This document shows, piece by piece, positions 36,201-44,394 of a DNA stretch of 64,000 nt. The notes beneath the pieces were generated by a model, which saw nothing but the letters and a program-made list of their open reading frames with translations, was not told the origin of the DNA and did not search any database. The position numbers and the translations under genes are program-made. Each line of letters begins with the position of its first letter. Position 1 is the stretch's first letter. The stretch comes from Candidatus Iainarchaeum sp. (lineage in GTDB: Archaea; Iainarchaeota; Iainarchaeia; Iainarchaeales; JAAZKV01), in contig JAPLVR010000003.1 of NCBI GenBank assembly GCA_026397015.1, forward strand, positions 96,001-160,000, read 5' to 3'.

Positions 36201-37315
36201 AAACTTTCCTGCAGGCGCCGGTAACAACGGAAGAAAAAAGCATAGTGGAAAACTTTGATTCGGGCAAATTTTCATTCAAGAAAAAATACCTGAACAGTTC
36301 GGATGTTGAAGCAGGATTGTATGAAGTAAGATTCAATATTGATTCAAATGAAACCTTCAGAATACTGAGGGCGGATGGAACGCTAAACGGAAATGTCGGA
36401 GTGGAATTGCTTTTGGTAAAGAAGCCGCCAATAGAATACCCGTTTTACAGCATTCCTTTCGACGGTGTGCTTGGAAAAGAAAACGGAAGAACAGGATACG
36501 GTTCGGTGTATAACAATGAAAATGGCGAGCTCTTATTCGGGGGGGAAGCAAGCACATTTGAAAGCGCAAGCGGAAACGGAATTGTAAATGTGAAGACAAG
36601 GGTCCCGAACGATTTGGCTTCGCTGACTTCATTTGCGAGCACCAGAGGGCAATTGCTTTCAGCCGCAGCATCCGGCGGAAATGCGGAAATAATATTTTCT
36701 CCAAATTACGCGACGCCTGTAATCGGAAAATACTCATTGAACGAAGGCACTTCCGGAATATTCGGATTCACCGTAAATCAGGGAGGAACTCCGAAGGCAA
36801 CGGGCGGCAACATGACATACTGGACAGGCGCAGCAAAGAGCAAAAGCTTCGACGGAGGGAACGCTGTTCAGGTTTACAATGATACCCCCGATTACCAGAT
36901 GGATGAAACGAGCGGAGTTTCACAGCCGAACGTTACATACGGGTTCAAATGGGATGAAGCTTCAATTGGCGGAACGATTTACCTAAAAACAATAATTTAT
37001 ACGCCCATAAACGAAGTGTACAGCATAATCGGCGAATCAGGCACCGAGTTCTGGACCCCGGACAGCGAGTTCTCCGGAAATGTGGAACTTTCGGGAATAA
37101 GCGGGATGCAATACAACAGCAGACAGGGCGGAGGAAAAATAAGAACGCTTGAAGAAATTTTCGATCTCGTGAAAAAGGAAAAGGTTTGCGTAACAAATAA
37201 CGGAAGCAACGCTTCCTTCTGGTGGAATCCGAAAACAATTGCAACCTCGGTCGGCAGCGCGGGCAACAGCGTTGAAACGAAAGAGGATTTTCTCGGCGGA
37301 AGCGCTTTAAAGTAA
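30278..37315 (+). CDS. Giant membrane-anchored surface protein, paralog 4 (2345 aa)
   Basis: MGITDWLREAYYSTEDRWYNLVD..IPSL plus TM; LMHFRAG, GATYDPEQGY..KWINAEW, PRIKLNWEW..YCDASQF, KVCV..FWWN; internal glycine-zipper hairpin. Confidence 0.9.
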   Translation: MGITDWLREAYYSTEDRWYNLVDALHINGIVDAIDGVIPSLILILTLLAILILLGAYILLPSMVPQYTDMKFVVKGSDELIVQGVKVNLTADKKNLVETTDASGAVIFKNIAVGSPVLIDINSGKGTFRQEYTAENNFFKIIILEKPFIELKPIKRRVTLKTAQGLRIEEEIPVIFYCQNSAALPKPTKVVDDNDGLVEVEEPLNCGKLYMRVMSEYYEQKEYLIDSLLKEVTLNAYSVPSKNLTVQVKAGGKPVSGTTFTITVTGKSDYPAVKTTNSQATIAVIPGSYTVSVSDPTGNYGIVTQIFSVLADTTVSVDVSKTVKAKLTVNVLDNGTSGYIYGANVSIKNSAGQEINRNEDVNGTVLFALTEKGNYTVTAKKVGDIGAGYSAKSVDLNIEGDANIEIRLDLITVASAGRVRVRVIDQDNQPVQDAQIRLKYGSNDSVVELNEPKNYAVSDLNGYASFLAGKVEGKVTSYAIKYPFSGSSTPPKEILLDQLNEFTVKLSIGPTTAIVNVKDISGNLVSGEIEFFNTRGNSVGGIVSLENGVAQKQIKSGQSVYVVVRGEDEAGEAYASYTSAPVMLWPDRQAVFNITVTKNILGPSIEMGGVYNSEGAQVQTLEAGKKYYARMILKADNEYSNVLMHFRAGEENHLDNDFIEIEKVEGADVYSVARGATYDPEQGYSYDSQNLVDGPAKWINAEWRNKNFGEGVREVNVWFRVKDETPPNQKLKLFWRALFDSKRLPESNIPEEFYSDTYSATYYEGFSETCDTEFCFTSEWLYSQKDELYMNQPYALRQVLKYDYHFQIINNSQYDYMKGKKPIYMYVEIVGDEQGERRIRIEDYKIKDALGIVDSNVEVFEIRRVELNSFDKKTSIDTTMTLMGLSEGAETIRVRLQSEGVEIFSKDISFTIPTEKEMKVTVKPDFIPALSNTPIEVEVKDNKNAPLRDASVKLKIKEPGFEEIIFDEAKTDRYGKAIVNSGMHYPNTTLVIEVQKEGFAISTTELIVSDKVVEFEPAEASIELNTVTKREETKSVKIKNLTMNDFSIKGITLDAKFAGLINENALNAWLEELSGEIIAGDDTTELDLLKIRLANDITPENFIEPASIDGTILVSFEVKETGAAYDVELPLKLGISSDATVEDGCILVDNATQSKVTQQGRVSFSFVLTNACKSEDVAIGLESLKASAGGEIKGLTELSLQSLGGGTTGRTALDQTQRITFGRVSPGEKIAGTVTYVPSMDAAGSSVTIIVAIEGAYAGKKLKTNPAALNFTVDVINLKECMSISSNPGPVEFDASTTVTVDASGCPKQQIDVILCKGDSGCSGGAEGSINLSKKSFTLKENSETITVSSPSIAGAYGVTVHARAKGSGSYIYIGEVPVSFNPSEGKYFKLNKYELNLYGKGSKDAVILTNKLLLESVDVKADECAWGKQDAGFDWASGLVGAGIGAGLAYMVTGALPMSTIYGGGWISGGLIIGAGIAGLLIGGNMGYECADHYQVNPMNDFIIFLQGDTININGEEKQIPGDAGALGFSVPKIGAGWNFEDAEYSAEETVGITFSNSGLNDPKPKYGLLTINATEHVHGDPLHTKRLGGAIGGAASTPVGTGTPTGTGTATGTGGASTSPANNLTTKAKKASFILGMGEGTDNGETLQGDVDCKSDTFGKYWIGAGEDQGACEGAADNDYSQQFRMRVLSGEAVDQDAYLKKATSCYNGAVAGSTGKDAVPRIKLNWEWTNIKSDSCDYGNNDYIYCDASQFSIEVSKKLAILADFFNKNPSFQCPPDPAEKEIKEQTEIINGKPASVAGGSIGVKEISALVDPSTDNTKITVSVENKTSTSASATINMIVRGKTNSPPVTHQQTFAVGVTTVEFTAITQKYNGPYFVSAAVSGALSNNQSVTRIFTNRDTPSGCWLDPSTKMVGGKPAIFYYIDTNNIGSVVWTEKITNLEALHNALLFKAYLIKDGYGETFRKDFRDYYLKTFLQAPVTTEEKSIVENFDSGKFSFKKKYLNSSDVEAGLYEVRFNIDSNETFRILRADGTLNGNVGVELLLVKKPPIEYPFYSIPFDGVLGKENGRTGYGSVYNNENGELLFGGEASTFESASGNGIVNVKTRVPNDLASLTSFASTRGQLLSAAASGGNAEIIFSPNYATPVIGKYSLNEGTSGIFGFTVNQGGTPKATGGNMTYWTGAAKSKSFDGGNAVQVYNDTPDYQMDETSGVSQPNVTYGFKWDEASIGGTIYLKTIIYTPINEVYSIIGESGTEFWTPDSEFSGNVELSGISGMQYNSRQGGGKIRTLEEIFDLVKKEKVCVTNNGSNASFWWNPKTIATSVGSAGNSVETKEDFLGGSALK

Positions 37316-37408
37316 TTGCCTCGGGCGCGCCAAAAATTTAGTGAAATTGCGGGCGGGTGCGAAAACAAATTCTTTTATATTCGAAAAAACTATTATTAGC
37401 TGATAAAA

Positions 37409-37846
37409 ATGTTTGAACCTACAATGCTGGCGCTGCCTGTTTCGCTCTTCATCTTGAGCTTTGGGGAACTCGCAATTGACTTGAACATAGTGCTCAAAAT
37501 ATTTGTGATGATGACAATAATTTCTTATATTACGCAGCACCTCGGGAGGGGCCCGCTCGCGGTTCTCCTGATACTCGGAATAAGCTGGTTCGTGCTATTT
37601 GATTACTGGAAATTTTTCGGCGGAATATATGTTTTATATGTTTTGGTAACATTCGGGGCAGCCTCAATCCTGATTGACTTCTTCTTTGTAAGCGGGGGGC
37701 AGCAGCCGCCGCAGGGAATGGAACAGGAACAAGCGGAAGGAGGCATCTCACACGGACTGGATTTCCAAAAAAGAAACGCGACATTCGTTCACGCAAGGCA
37801 AAGCGTCGCGCAAAACATGCTTAGAAGAAGGGGGCCGATGGGCTAA
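37409..37846 (+). CDS. Small membrane protein A (LG-x-G...TFG family)
   Basis: Hydrophobic helices with HLGRGPLAVLL and VLVTFG; polar C-terminal tail. Confidence 0.75.
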   Translation: MFEPTMLALPVSLFILSFGELAIDLNIVLKIFVMMTIISYITQHLGRGPLAVLLILGISWFVLFDYWKFFGGIYVLYVLVTFGAASILIDFFFVSGGQQPPQGMEQEQAEGGISHGLDFQKRNATFVHARQSVAQNMLRRRGPMG

Positions 37847-37904
37847 GCTGTTCTGCGGCAAAAAAAGGGCAAAATTGGAAAGTCAAAGTAGGGGGTAAAA
37901 AGGG

Positions 37905-38020
37905 AAAAAAGAATGAAAAAGATTTTGTGAAAAAAGAATGAAAAAGATTTTATGGAAAAAGTGAATAAGAAAATATGAAAAAAAATGAAAAAAATTTTGT
38001 GGAAAAAATGAATAAAAAAA
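37905..38020 (+). repeat. Degenerate ~25-bp A-rich tandem repeat in intergenic spacer
   Basis: gaatgaaaaagattttgtgaaaaaa / gaatgaaaaagattttatggaaaaa / aaatgaaaaaaattttgtggaaaaaa. Confidence 0.6.
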
Positions 38021-38033
38021 ATTGGTGAAAAGG

Positions 38034-38357
38034 ATGAATGAAAAAGGAAATTTGATATTAATAATTCTCTTTGGAATGGCTTTGCTGGTACTGCTGCTTC
38101 CCGCAGTAATGTACGCTTTTGAGCCGGCCGACTTCATAATAAGAATAATTCTTGCGTTCCTGATATTTACCACGGTAAGGGGCTATCTCGGAACAGGGAC
38201 AGTTTCCCTGCTTGTAACAGGAATATTGATTTACATATTGGTGATAAAACACGCGTATATTGCCGCCAGCGGCGCATTTATTCTCATGGTACTTTTAACA
38301 TTCGGGCTCTTCAGCGTGGTTGTTTGGGGAATAGGAATGAACATGCGCGGGCGATAA
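38034..38357 (+). CDS. Small membrane protein B with a class III-like signal (MNEKG/NLILIIL)
   Basis: GGTGA RBS before ATG 38034; YLGTGTVSLLV and VLLTFG motifs shared with proteins A and C. Confidence 0.75.
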   Translation: MNEKGNLILIILFGMALLVLLLPAVMYAFEPADFIIRIILAFLIFTTVRGYLGTGTVSLLVTGILIYILVIKHAYIAASGAFILMVLLTFGLFSVVVWGIGMNMRGR

Positions 38358-38449
38358 TTTTGCCGGCATGGTAAGGTTTATTAGCAATAAAAACGTATAA
38401 TTTATCGGGAAAGAAGGAAATAGTGTTTGAAAAGGAACAGGTGATTTGA

Positions 38450-38710
38450 ATGGCTTTTGATATTGTAAGCGCACTAAGCGGCGAAGATTTCGGCTCCAGC
38501 ATTGCGCTCGCTTTGTTGATAATTTATTTCCTGTGGCTTTTCTCATGGGGAAAGAAACAAGTTGGAATAAAGATAGGAATACTTGTCGCGTTGACGCTCA
38601 CCTACCTCATATTTTACACCAACGAGTGGCTCATCTGGATCCCTGTAATCGGCTTCCTGTTGATAACATTCGGAAAGGAACTGCTGGAGAGAATTCCGAA
38701 AGCAAAATAA
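38450..38710 (+). CDS. Small membrane protein C (TFG family)
   Basis: AGGTGA RBS; three hydrophobic helices; QVGIKIGILV and LLITFG. Confidence 0.75.
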   Translation: MAFDIVSALSGEDFGSSIALALLIIYFLWLFSWGKKQVGIKIGILVALTLTYLIFYTNEWLIWIPVIGFLLITFGKELLERIPKAK

Positions 38711-38808
38711 GAAAATTTATTTTGATTTTTGATTTAGTCGGTAATTTGGTATTTGATTTAGTAAATAGTTTGATTTATTTTGTAGTTTGATTTCCGAGAA
38801 GTGATTGG

Positions 38809-39147
38809 ATGGATTTGGTCAACTATTTGATTTCGATGCTGCTTGTCGGCATTGCCTTCCAGCTCGACCAGGCGTGGATTGCAGTCGGAATAGTGATAAT
38901 CCTGATAGTTGCGTCAAAAGACGTGAAGGCAAGCATCTTCATGGCATTTTCTGTTTTCGTGCTCTACTGGGTAATGGGAATAGGAATGAATGATTACTGG
39001 CTCTTTGCGATGCTCGGGCTGGTCGCAATAGGGTATGTGATAGGGCTTGGAAAGGAAGAGGCGGGGGGAGGAGCCGAAGGAATGCCAATGGACCCTTACG
39101 GTGGAATGGGCGGCGGTTACGGGGGATTGGGCGGCCTCGGGATGTAA
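38809..39147 (+). CDS. Small membrane protein D with Gly/Met-rich tail
   Basis: About 4 hydrophobic helices followed by GGGAEGMPMDPYGGMGGGYGGLGGLGM. Confidence 0.75.
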   Translation: MDLVNYLISMLLVGIAFQLDQAWIAVGIVIILIVASKDVKASIFMAFSVFVLYWVMGIGMNDYWLFAMLGLVAIGYVIGLGKEEAGGGAEGMPMDPYGGMGGGYGGLGGLGM

Positions 39148-39206
39148 TGCTTGAGCTGGCTGAATTTTATTGCGAAAAAGTTTTTATTGCAAAAGAAGGC
39201 GCTAAA

Positions 39207-39548
39207 ATGAAGGCATACACTCTAATCGCTTTTTTGGTTGTCGGCTTCTTTTTTCTTTTCATAGGGGTTGAAATGCTCGGCTGGCTTTTCCTGATTCTTG
39301 CAATGGCTTCACTTTTCTACATGATTGTCAAGACGAAGGCGAAAAGCGCGTGGGAAGAAATGAAAGAAGCGGAAGGCCCTTACCCCGAAGGAAAAATAAC
39401 GGAATACGCCAAAAACATTGCCGGCTTGTTCGCCGACAAAATAACTGACACCAAAGAAGAGAAGGAATACAGCGCGGAAAGGGCAGTGAGAAGAATTCCG
39501 CACGGCGCGGAAAAGGCGCGCTCGGAATTCAAAAAGGTTTTCAAGTGA
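39207..39548 (+). CDS. Small membrane protein E (two N-terminal TM, charged C-terminus)
   Basis: MKAYTLIAFLVVGFFFLF hairpin followed by a charged helical tail. Confidence 0.7.
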   Translation: MKAYTLIAFLVVGFFFLFIGVEMLGWLFLILAMASLFYMIVKTKAKSAWEEMKEAEGPYPEGKITEYAKNIAGLFADKITDTKEEKEYSAERAVRRIPHGAEKARSEFKKVFK

Positions 39549-39553
39549 GTTAA

Positions 39554-40225
39554 ATGCCTTTCTTCAAAAAAAAATTGGTCCAAAAAATAATTAAAGAAAA
39601 TCCAAACATTGACCGATATAAGTTGGAAAAAGAAGCCGGTCAAAGCAAAAAAGGCAAAAGAATAATTTACGGGCACCGGAAAATGTATTTTTGTATACAC
39701 AGTTCGTTAAAAGAGATTGATCGGGATTTTGGGCACAATCTGATCAAAGAGATAAATCTGCTCAAAAAAACGAATAGAAACAAAAAAATAAGAATATTGG
39801 ATTGGGGTTGCGGAACGGGGCGCGCAATACGCGAACTCGCCCTCCAAAACAAGAGAATGGAATTTATAGGATTTTCAAAGGACTCGTATATCGAATGGAA
39901 AAATTATTCACGCAAAAACTTGAAATTTGCCCACACAACATTTCCAATACTTGAAAGGTACCTCAAAAAAAATCCAGTGCACTTGATGTACAGCCGTTTA
40001 GGCATAACGCACTTAGCGGAGGAGAGCACTAAATTTGAGTCTATTAAATTAATAAATCACTTGATGAAACTAAGAGAGGGGCTTATTATTGGGGGAAAAA
40101 TACTAATAGCCGGCGAAATAGGAGATATTGCTAAGGAAACTCTCGAAAAAAGTGGCTTTGCGGTTGAATTCAGAGATAGGCCAAAATATGAAGAAAAGAT
40201 TTCAGTTTTGACTAGAATCAAATAA
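39554..40225 (+). CDS. Class I SAM-dependent methyltransferase
   Basis: Motif I ILDWGCGTG; later LIIGGKILI. Confidence 0.8.
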   Translation: MPFFKKKLVQKIIKENPNIDRYKLEKEAGQSKKGKRIIYGHRKMYFCIHSSLKEIDRDFGHNLIKEINLLKKTNRNKKIRILDWGCGTGRAIRELALQNKRMEFIGFSKDSYIEWKNYSRKNLKFAHTTFPILERYLKKNPVHLMYSRLGITHLAEESTKFESIKLINHLMKLREGLIIGGKILIAGEIGDIAKETLEKSGFAVEFRDRPKYEEKISVLTRIK

Positions 40226-40276
40226 AAAGATTTCCATCGCCCCTGCAAAATGTCAAAGATACAAAAAAATAATGTA

Positions 40277-40783
40277 TCATCTTCGCGCTTCCAAATCAGT
40301 CAGCATTTTCCTGTTAATCTCGAGGATTTTTTCCATCAAATCTTTTGTGGCATTGGCTGTTGCGCCGACTTCCTCCATCTTTGACTGAAGCTCGTTCAAT
40401 TTTGAAAGAATCGCGGGGTCTTGCGCCGCAGCCGGCATATTGGAAACGGCCGATTTTACCTCATCAAGTTTTGCATGAACTTCATCGAGCTTTTGTCCGT
40501 GCATATCAAGAACATTGTGAACGGCAGTATCCTGAAGAGCCTCGGTTTGCGCGTGCGTTTCAAATTCTTCCTTCATCAAATTTACATTGCCGAATTGCTG
40601 CCGAGCCATTGAAGGCGTCTGTGATTGGGGCGCAGGCTGCGCCGAGGAAACTTCCTGAATTATTCTTTGCGCGTCGCCGTCCGAAAGCCCTATGTCCATC
40701 AAAGTGGAAGCTATCGTTTGATTGTCAATCTTTGAATCAAGCATCCTTTTTACAGTGTCGCGCACAACCTGTTCGTTGACCAA
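40277..40783 (-). CDS. Hypothetical protein: small helical N-domain, Gln/Pro linker, coiled coil
   Basis: 168-aa ORF; heptad pattern LDEVHAKLDEVKSAV..LSKLNELQSKMEEV; GGTG RBS before TTG. Confidence 0.7.
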   Translation of the reverse strand: MVNEQVVRDTVKRMLDSKIDNQTIASTLMDIGLSDGDAQRIIQEVSSAQPAPQSQTPSMARQQFGNVNLMKEEFETHAQTEALQDTAVHNVLDMHGQKLDEVHAKLDEVKSAVSNMPAAAQDPAILSKLNELQSKMEEVGATANATKDLMEKILEINRKMLTDLEARR

Positions 40784-40959
40784 TCATACCACCAAAAAAC
40801 AACCAAAGCGAAGACTCGTTGGCTTTTAATATTAGTAATTAATCCTATTTAAATTATCGCTTTTCAGGACGCGGGCGCCAAAGAAAGGCATAAATAAGCA
40901 AAAGTCCATATTACTAAAAGAAAAATTAATGAAAAAAATTGCGGTTAGCGGTGCAAAAA

Positions 40960-42501
40960 ATGGATTTTAAGATAGATAACGGGCCGTGGGAAACGATTTT
41001 CGCCGGGAAATTTTATGACAGAGATATTGAAATTGTTTCGAATCCGGAACACCTGTTCCTGATTTTTGCTTATGAGAGTGATGGAAAAGAAAAAATTGGC
41101 GCGCTGGTCGAGGGATACAAGGCATTTACCACGCGCGGAAACATGGAAGCATTCATAGAGACGCTTCCGAAGCCGAGCGTCGGAATAATGAAAAGCCTCG
41201 GCGACAGGACGGTAAAACTGTTTTTCGTTTCGCTTGATTTGGTCTACCTTGATTTTAAACATGAAGACTTCATAAGAAAAATAGACAAACTAATAGCAAA
41301 TGTTTCGGAAATGGGAAGCACAATCTTCGACTTGGCAAGGGCTTCATCGCTCGAATTAAAAGAACTGAGCCTGTCGCCGAAAAACGATTATGAACCGATA
41401 CTCGGCGACCCCTTCACACTGAGACTGCTGGCGGGCGGGGCGGCAAAATCGGTCGAGGGAGAAGAAATGCGGACAAAGGCCGTTGCTGCCGAGGGAAGAA
41501 AGCTTCAAATCGGGCTCACAAAAGAAAGGGAAATGGTCCTTGAGGATGTCGAAAACTTTTCAAGAACGCTGATAATGGCGAACAGTAAAAATGAACAAAA
41601 TTATTCAATGTACATTGTTGCGGAAAACTTTCTGCTTGAGAACTCGCCGCTGCTTATTTTCGACAGCGACGATTACTTTGAAAAATTAAAAGTGCCCTCG
41701 AAAGACGAAATTGGTTTGAAAGAGGCGCTTGTGGAATTCGACCCCATCGGGTTTCCAGTGAAAAAAATGAAGGCAAAAAACGAACTCAGGGTTTCGCTGA
41801 AGGACGCTGACTTTTTACTGCTGCTAAACCTGCTCGGGATAGGAGACCAAGAATTTGAAAAAAAGTTTGCTCTGGCGGCTTCTTCGGCAATGGTTGACAC
41901 GCCTGAAGAGCTTTTGGGAAGAATAGAAAATTCGCCGCCAAGCGATGCAAAAAATTTTGAGAAATTAAAGTTTGGGGAAAACGGCGCCTATTTTGTATCA
42001 GGGCTTACTGATTTTGAAAAACTTAAGGCGGAAAGACTGACAAAAATAATCGAGCAGGAATTCAATAATTTGTTCGGAAAAAGCATCGACCCGAACGAGC
42101 TCATAAGAGATTGGCCGGGCAACCTTGGAAAGGCGACGGTGGTGGACACGAAAAATCTTTCGGGAAAGGAACGGACCATTTTTGAGCAAACAATTTTGCG
42201 CGCCCTATTGAAATCGTTGAAGGGAAAAAACAGGGCTGATTACAAGGTTTTCATTCCGAATGCGGAAGGGCTGTTCGGCGCAATGCCGGAAAAAACGGCG
42301 CCAATAATAATCTCGCTTGAGAACAAGGGAATAGGCTTTGTCTTTGGGATATGCTCGAAAACATTTCCGAGCGATCTGATTGAAACAACAAACGCCAAAA
42401 TAAGCGTCATAGCAAAAAATGATGTCGCGGTTTCAATAAAAAACCAGAGAAACTACCGCGTTCTTTTGAGGCCTTCCCTGAGCGGCGACGCAAAAATTTA
42501 A
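40960..42501 (+). CDS. HerA/DUF87(VirB4)-like P-loop fold protein with degenerate Walker motifs
   Basis: QIGLTKEREMVLED..RTLIMANSKNEQNYSMYIVAENFLLENSPLLIFDSD and VFIPNAEGLF..KGIGFVFG..PSDL follow the HerA layout but lack GKS/T and DEA. Confidence 0.55.
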   Translation: MDFKIDNGPWETIFAGKFYDRDIEIVSNPEHLFLIFAYESDGKEKIGALVEGYKAFTTRGNMEAFIETLPKPSVGIMKSLGDRTVKLFFVSLDLVYLDFKHEDFIRKIDKLIANVSEMGSTIFDLARASSLELKELSLSPKNDYEPILGDPFTLRLLAGGAAKSVEGEEMRTKAVAAEGRKLQIGLTKEREMVLEDVENFSRTLIMANSKNEQNYSMYIVAENFLLENSPLLIFDSDDYFEKLKVPSKDEIGLKEALVEFDPIGFPVKKMKAKNELRVSLKDADFLLLLNLLGIGDQEFEKKFALAASSAMVDTPEELLGRIENSPPSDAKNFEKLKFGENGAYFVSGLTDFEKLKAERLTKIIEQEFNNLFGKSIDPNELIRDWPGNLGKATVVDTKNLSGKERTIFEQTILRALLKSLKGKNRADYKVFIPNAEGLFGAMPEKTAPIIISLENKGIGFVFGICSKTFPSDLIETTNAKISVIAKNDVAVSIKNQRNYRVLLRPSLSGDAKI

Positions 42502-42618
42502 AAAAAATAAAATTAGTTGGACGGAATTTCAAACAAAATCAGTTTTTTACAATTACCTGCTTCTGCACAACGTCGCTCCAAGGCATCGTATTGTCGCCTT
42601 CGCCCCGGGCTTGTTTTT

Positions 42619-43200
42619 TTATACTGCAAGCAAAAACAAAATTCCCAAAGTATTGCAAACAAAACCTATTATTGCGAGGTCGCGCGCCTTCAAATCTGTG
42701 AGCCCCGCAAGCAGGACAACGCCGGCTTCATCGGGAAGGGGGGAAGCGATCAAAATAAACGCAAAGGCGAAGGACAAATAACTAAGCAATTTTTTTCCCA
42801 AAATTTTTCCCGCAAAGCCATTCAACCGCCTGACTGCCCACTCCTTTCGTACGCCCTCGAATTCATCGCGAAAAGAAACCCTGATGAAGCGGAAAATTAT
42901 GAGGTCGGAAATGAGCGCGCCAAGACCGCCAAAAACTGCGGCAATAAAAATATTTTTTGGAATGGCTTCAAGAAAAAATGCCGCAGAAAATGGAGCGGTA
43001 AAGCCGAAAGCGAAAAATATTCCCGCAATAAAGCTCCCTAAATAACTCAGTTCACCGAGATGGCTGACAAAAAAACCAACGTCCCTGTTTTGCAGCAAAA
43101 AATACGCCGCCAAAATAGCAAGACAGAAAACCAAGAGCTTTGGGTATTTGAAATGAATGAAAAAAAAATTTCTTGCGAATTTTTTGTTTTTCTCAGCCAT
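42619..43200 (-). CDS. Polytopic membrane protein (VTT/DedA-like)
   Basis: Hydrophobic; AGIFFAFGFTAPFS, GGLGALISDLIIF and IASPLPDEAG motifs. Confidence 0.6.
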   Translation of the reverse strand: MAEKNKKFARNFFFIHFKYPKLLVFCLAILAAYFLLQNRDVGFFVSHLGELSYLGSFIAGIFFAFGFTAPFSAAFFLEAIPKNIFIAAVFGGLGALISDLIIFRFIRVSFRDEFEGVRKEWAVRRLNGFAGKILGKKLLSYLSFAFAFILIASPLPDEAGVVLLAGLTDLKARDLAIIGFVCNTLGILFLLAV

Positions 43201-43273
43201 AAAAACCAAGACAATTGATTTTAGAAATCATTTTAAACTCATTCTGCCCTCACTCTTTGTAAAAGTGGCCGGC

Positions 43274-44245
43274 ATGCACATAATAGAAACAAAAAATCTC
43301 ACAAAAAAATACGGGAAAGAAGTTCTCGCGGTGGATAACTTAAACCTCGAAGTAAAAGAGGGTGAAATTTTCGGTTTGCTCGGACCGAACGGTGCGGGAA
43401 AAACGACCACTCTCATGATGCTCACCACCCTTCGGCCGCCGACTTCGGGAACGGCAAAAATAAACGGCTTTGACATCATAAAAGAGCCGCACAAAGTCAG
43501 GAAATCAATCGGAATTGTTTTTCAGGATCCGAGTTCGGATGAAATTCTTACAGGCTATGAAAATCTGAAATTGCACGGGCTGCTTTACGATATGCCGAAG
43601 GAACTGATGGAAAAAAGAATCAGTGAGGTATTGAAGCTGGTTGATTTGGAGAAGAGAAAAAATGATGTCGTGAAAAAATATTCCGGAGGAATGAGAAGAA
43701 GATTGGAATTGGCACGCGGCTTGATGCACCGCCCAAAAATTCTTTTCATGGACGAACCGACTCTGGGTTTGGACCCGCAGTCGAGAGAACATATCTGGAA
43801 GTACATTGAAAAATTGGCAAAGGAAAACAAAATGACAATAATAATCACAACGCATTACATGGACGAGGCGGACAAATTGTGCGACAGGCTTGCGATAATT
43901 GACGCGGGAAAAATTGTCGTGCTGAATTCTCCGAAAGAACTGAAAAAAGAGTTGGGCGGCGACGTAATAAAAATAAAAACAAAAAAATTAAACGCCAATG
44001 CGCTAAAAAAATTAAAGTATGTGAAAAAAATACAGAAAAGCGGCGGCGAATACTGTTTAACCGTAAAAGACGCGAGCACGCACCTGCAGGAAATACTGAA
44101 GGGGACAGGCAAAATTGATTCTGTTGAAATTCATTCCCCAACATTAGACGATGTATTTTTACATTACACTGGAAAAGCGATAAGAGAGGATTCGCCGGAA
44201 GGCGGATGGGCGCAAAAAGCGATGAACATGAAGACAAAAAAATAA
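43274..44245 (+). CDS. ABC-2 type (DrrA-like) exporter ATP-binding subunit
   Basis: Walker A GPNGAGKTT, signature YSGGM, Walker B ILFMDEPT, TTHYMDEA. Confidence 0.95.
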   Translation: MHIIETKNLTKKYGKEVLAVDNLNLEVKEGEIFGLLGPNGAGKTTTLMMLTTLRPPTSGTAKINGFDIIKEPHKVRKSIGIVFQDPSSDEILTGYENLKLHGLLYDMPKELMEKRISEVLKLVDLEKRKNDVVKKYSGGMRRRLELARGLMHRPKILFMDEPTLGLDPQSREHIWKYIEKLAKENKMTIIITTHYMDEADKLCDRLAIIDAGKIVVLNSPKELKKELGGDVIKIKTKKLNANALKKLKYVKKIQKSGGEYCLTVKDASTHLQEILKGTGKIDSVEIHSPTLDDVFLHYTGKAIREDSPEGGWAQKAMNMKTKK

Positions 44246-44394
44246 AAAAAACAATAAAACAAAAACAAAATAAAAAAAATTGAAAAAAGCAAAAATAATG
44301 ATGAAAAAATAAAAGAAACAAATTTGAAAAAAATAAAGACAGAAAAATGGAAAAAAGGATTTGAAAAATCAAAAATATTTTTAAAGGTGAAAAA

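Noticed and set aside
2219-37315. Giant genes as a provirus or other mobile element (tail or tape-measure proteins)
   Set aside because: No capsid, terminase, integrase or replication genes; all have N-terminal membrane anchors and one paralog sits among housekeeping genes.
37860-38020. Possible CRISPR array in the A-rich repeats
   Set aside because: Units are adjacent, degenerate and lack unique spacers; no cas genes in the window.
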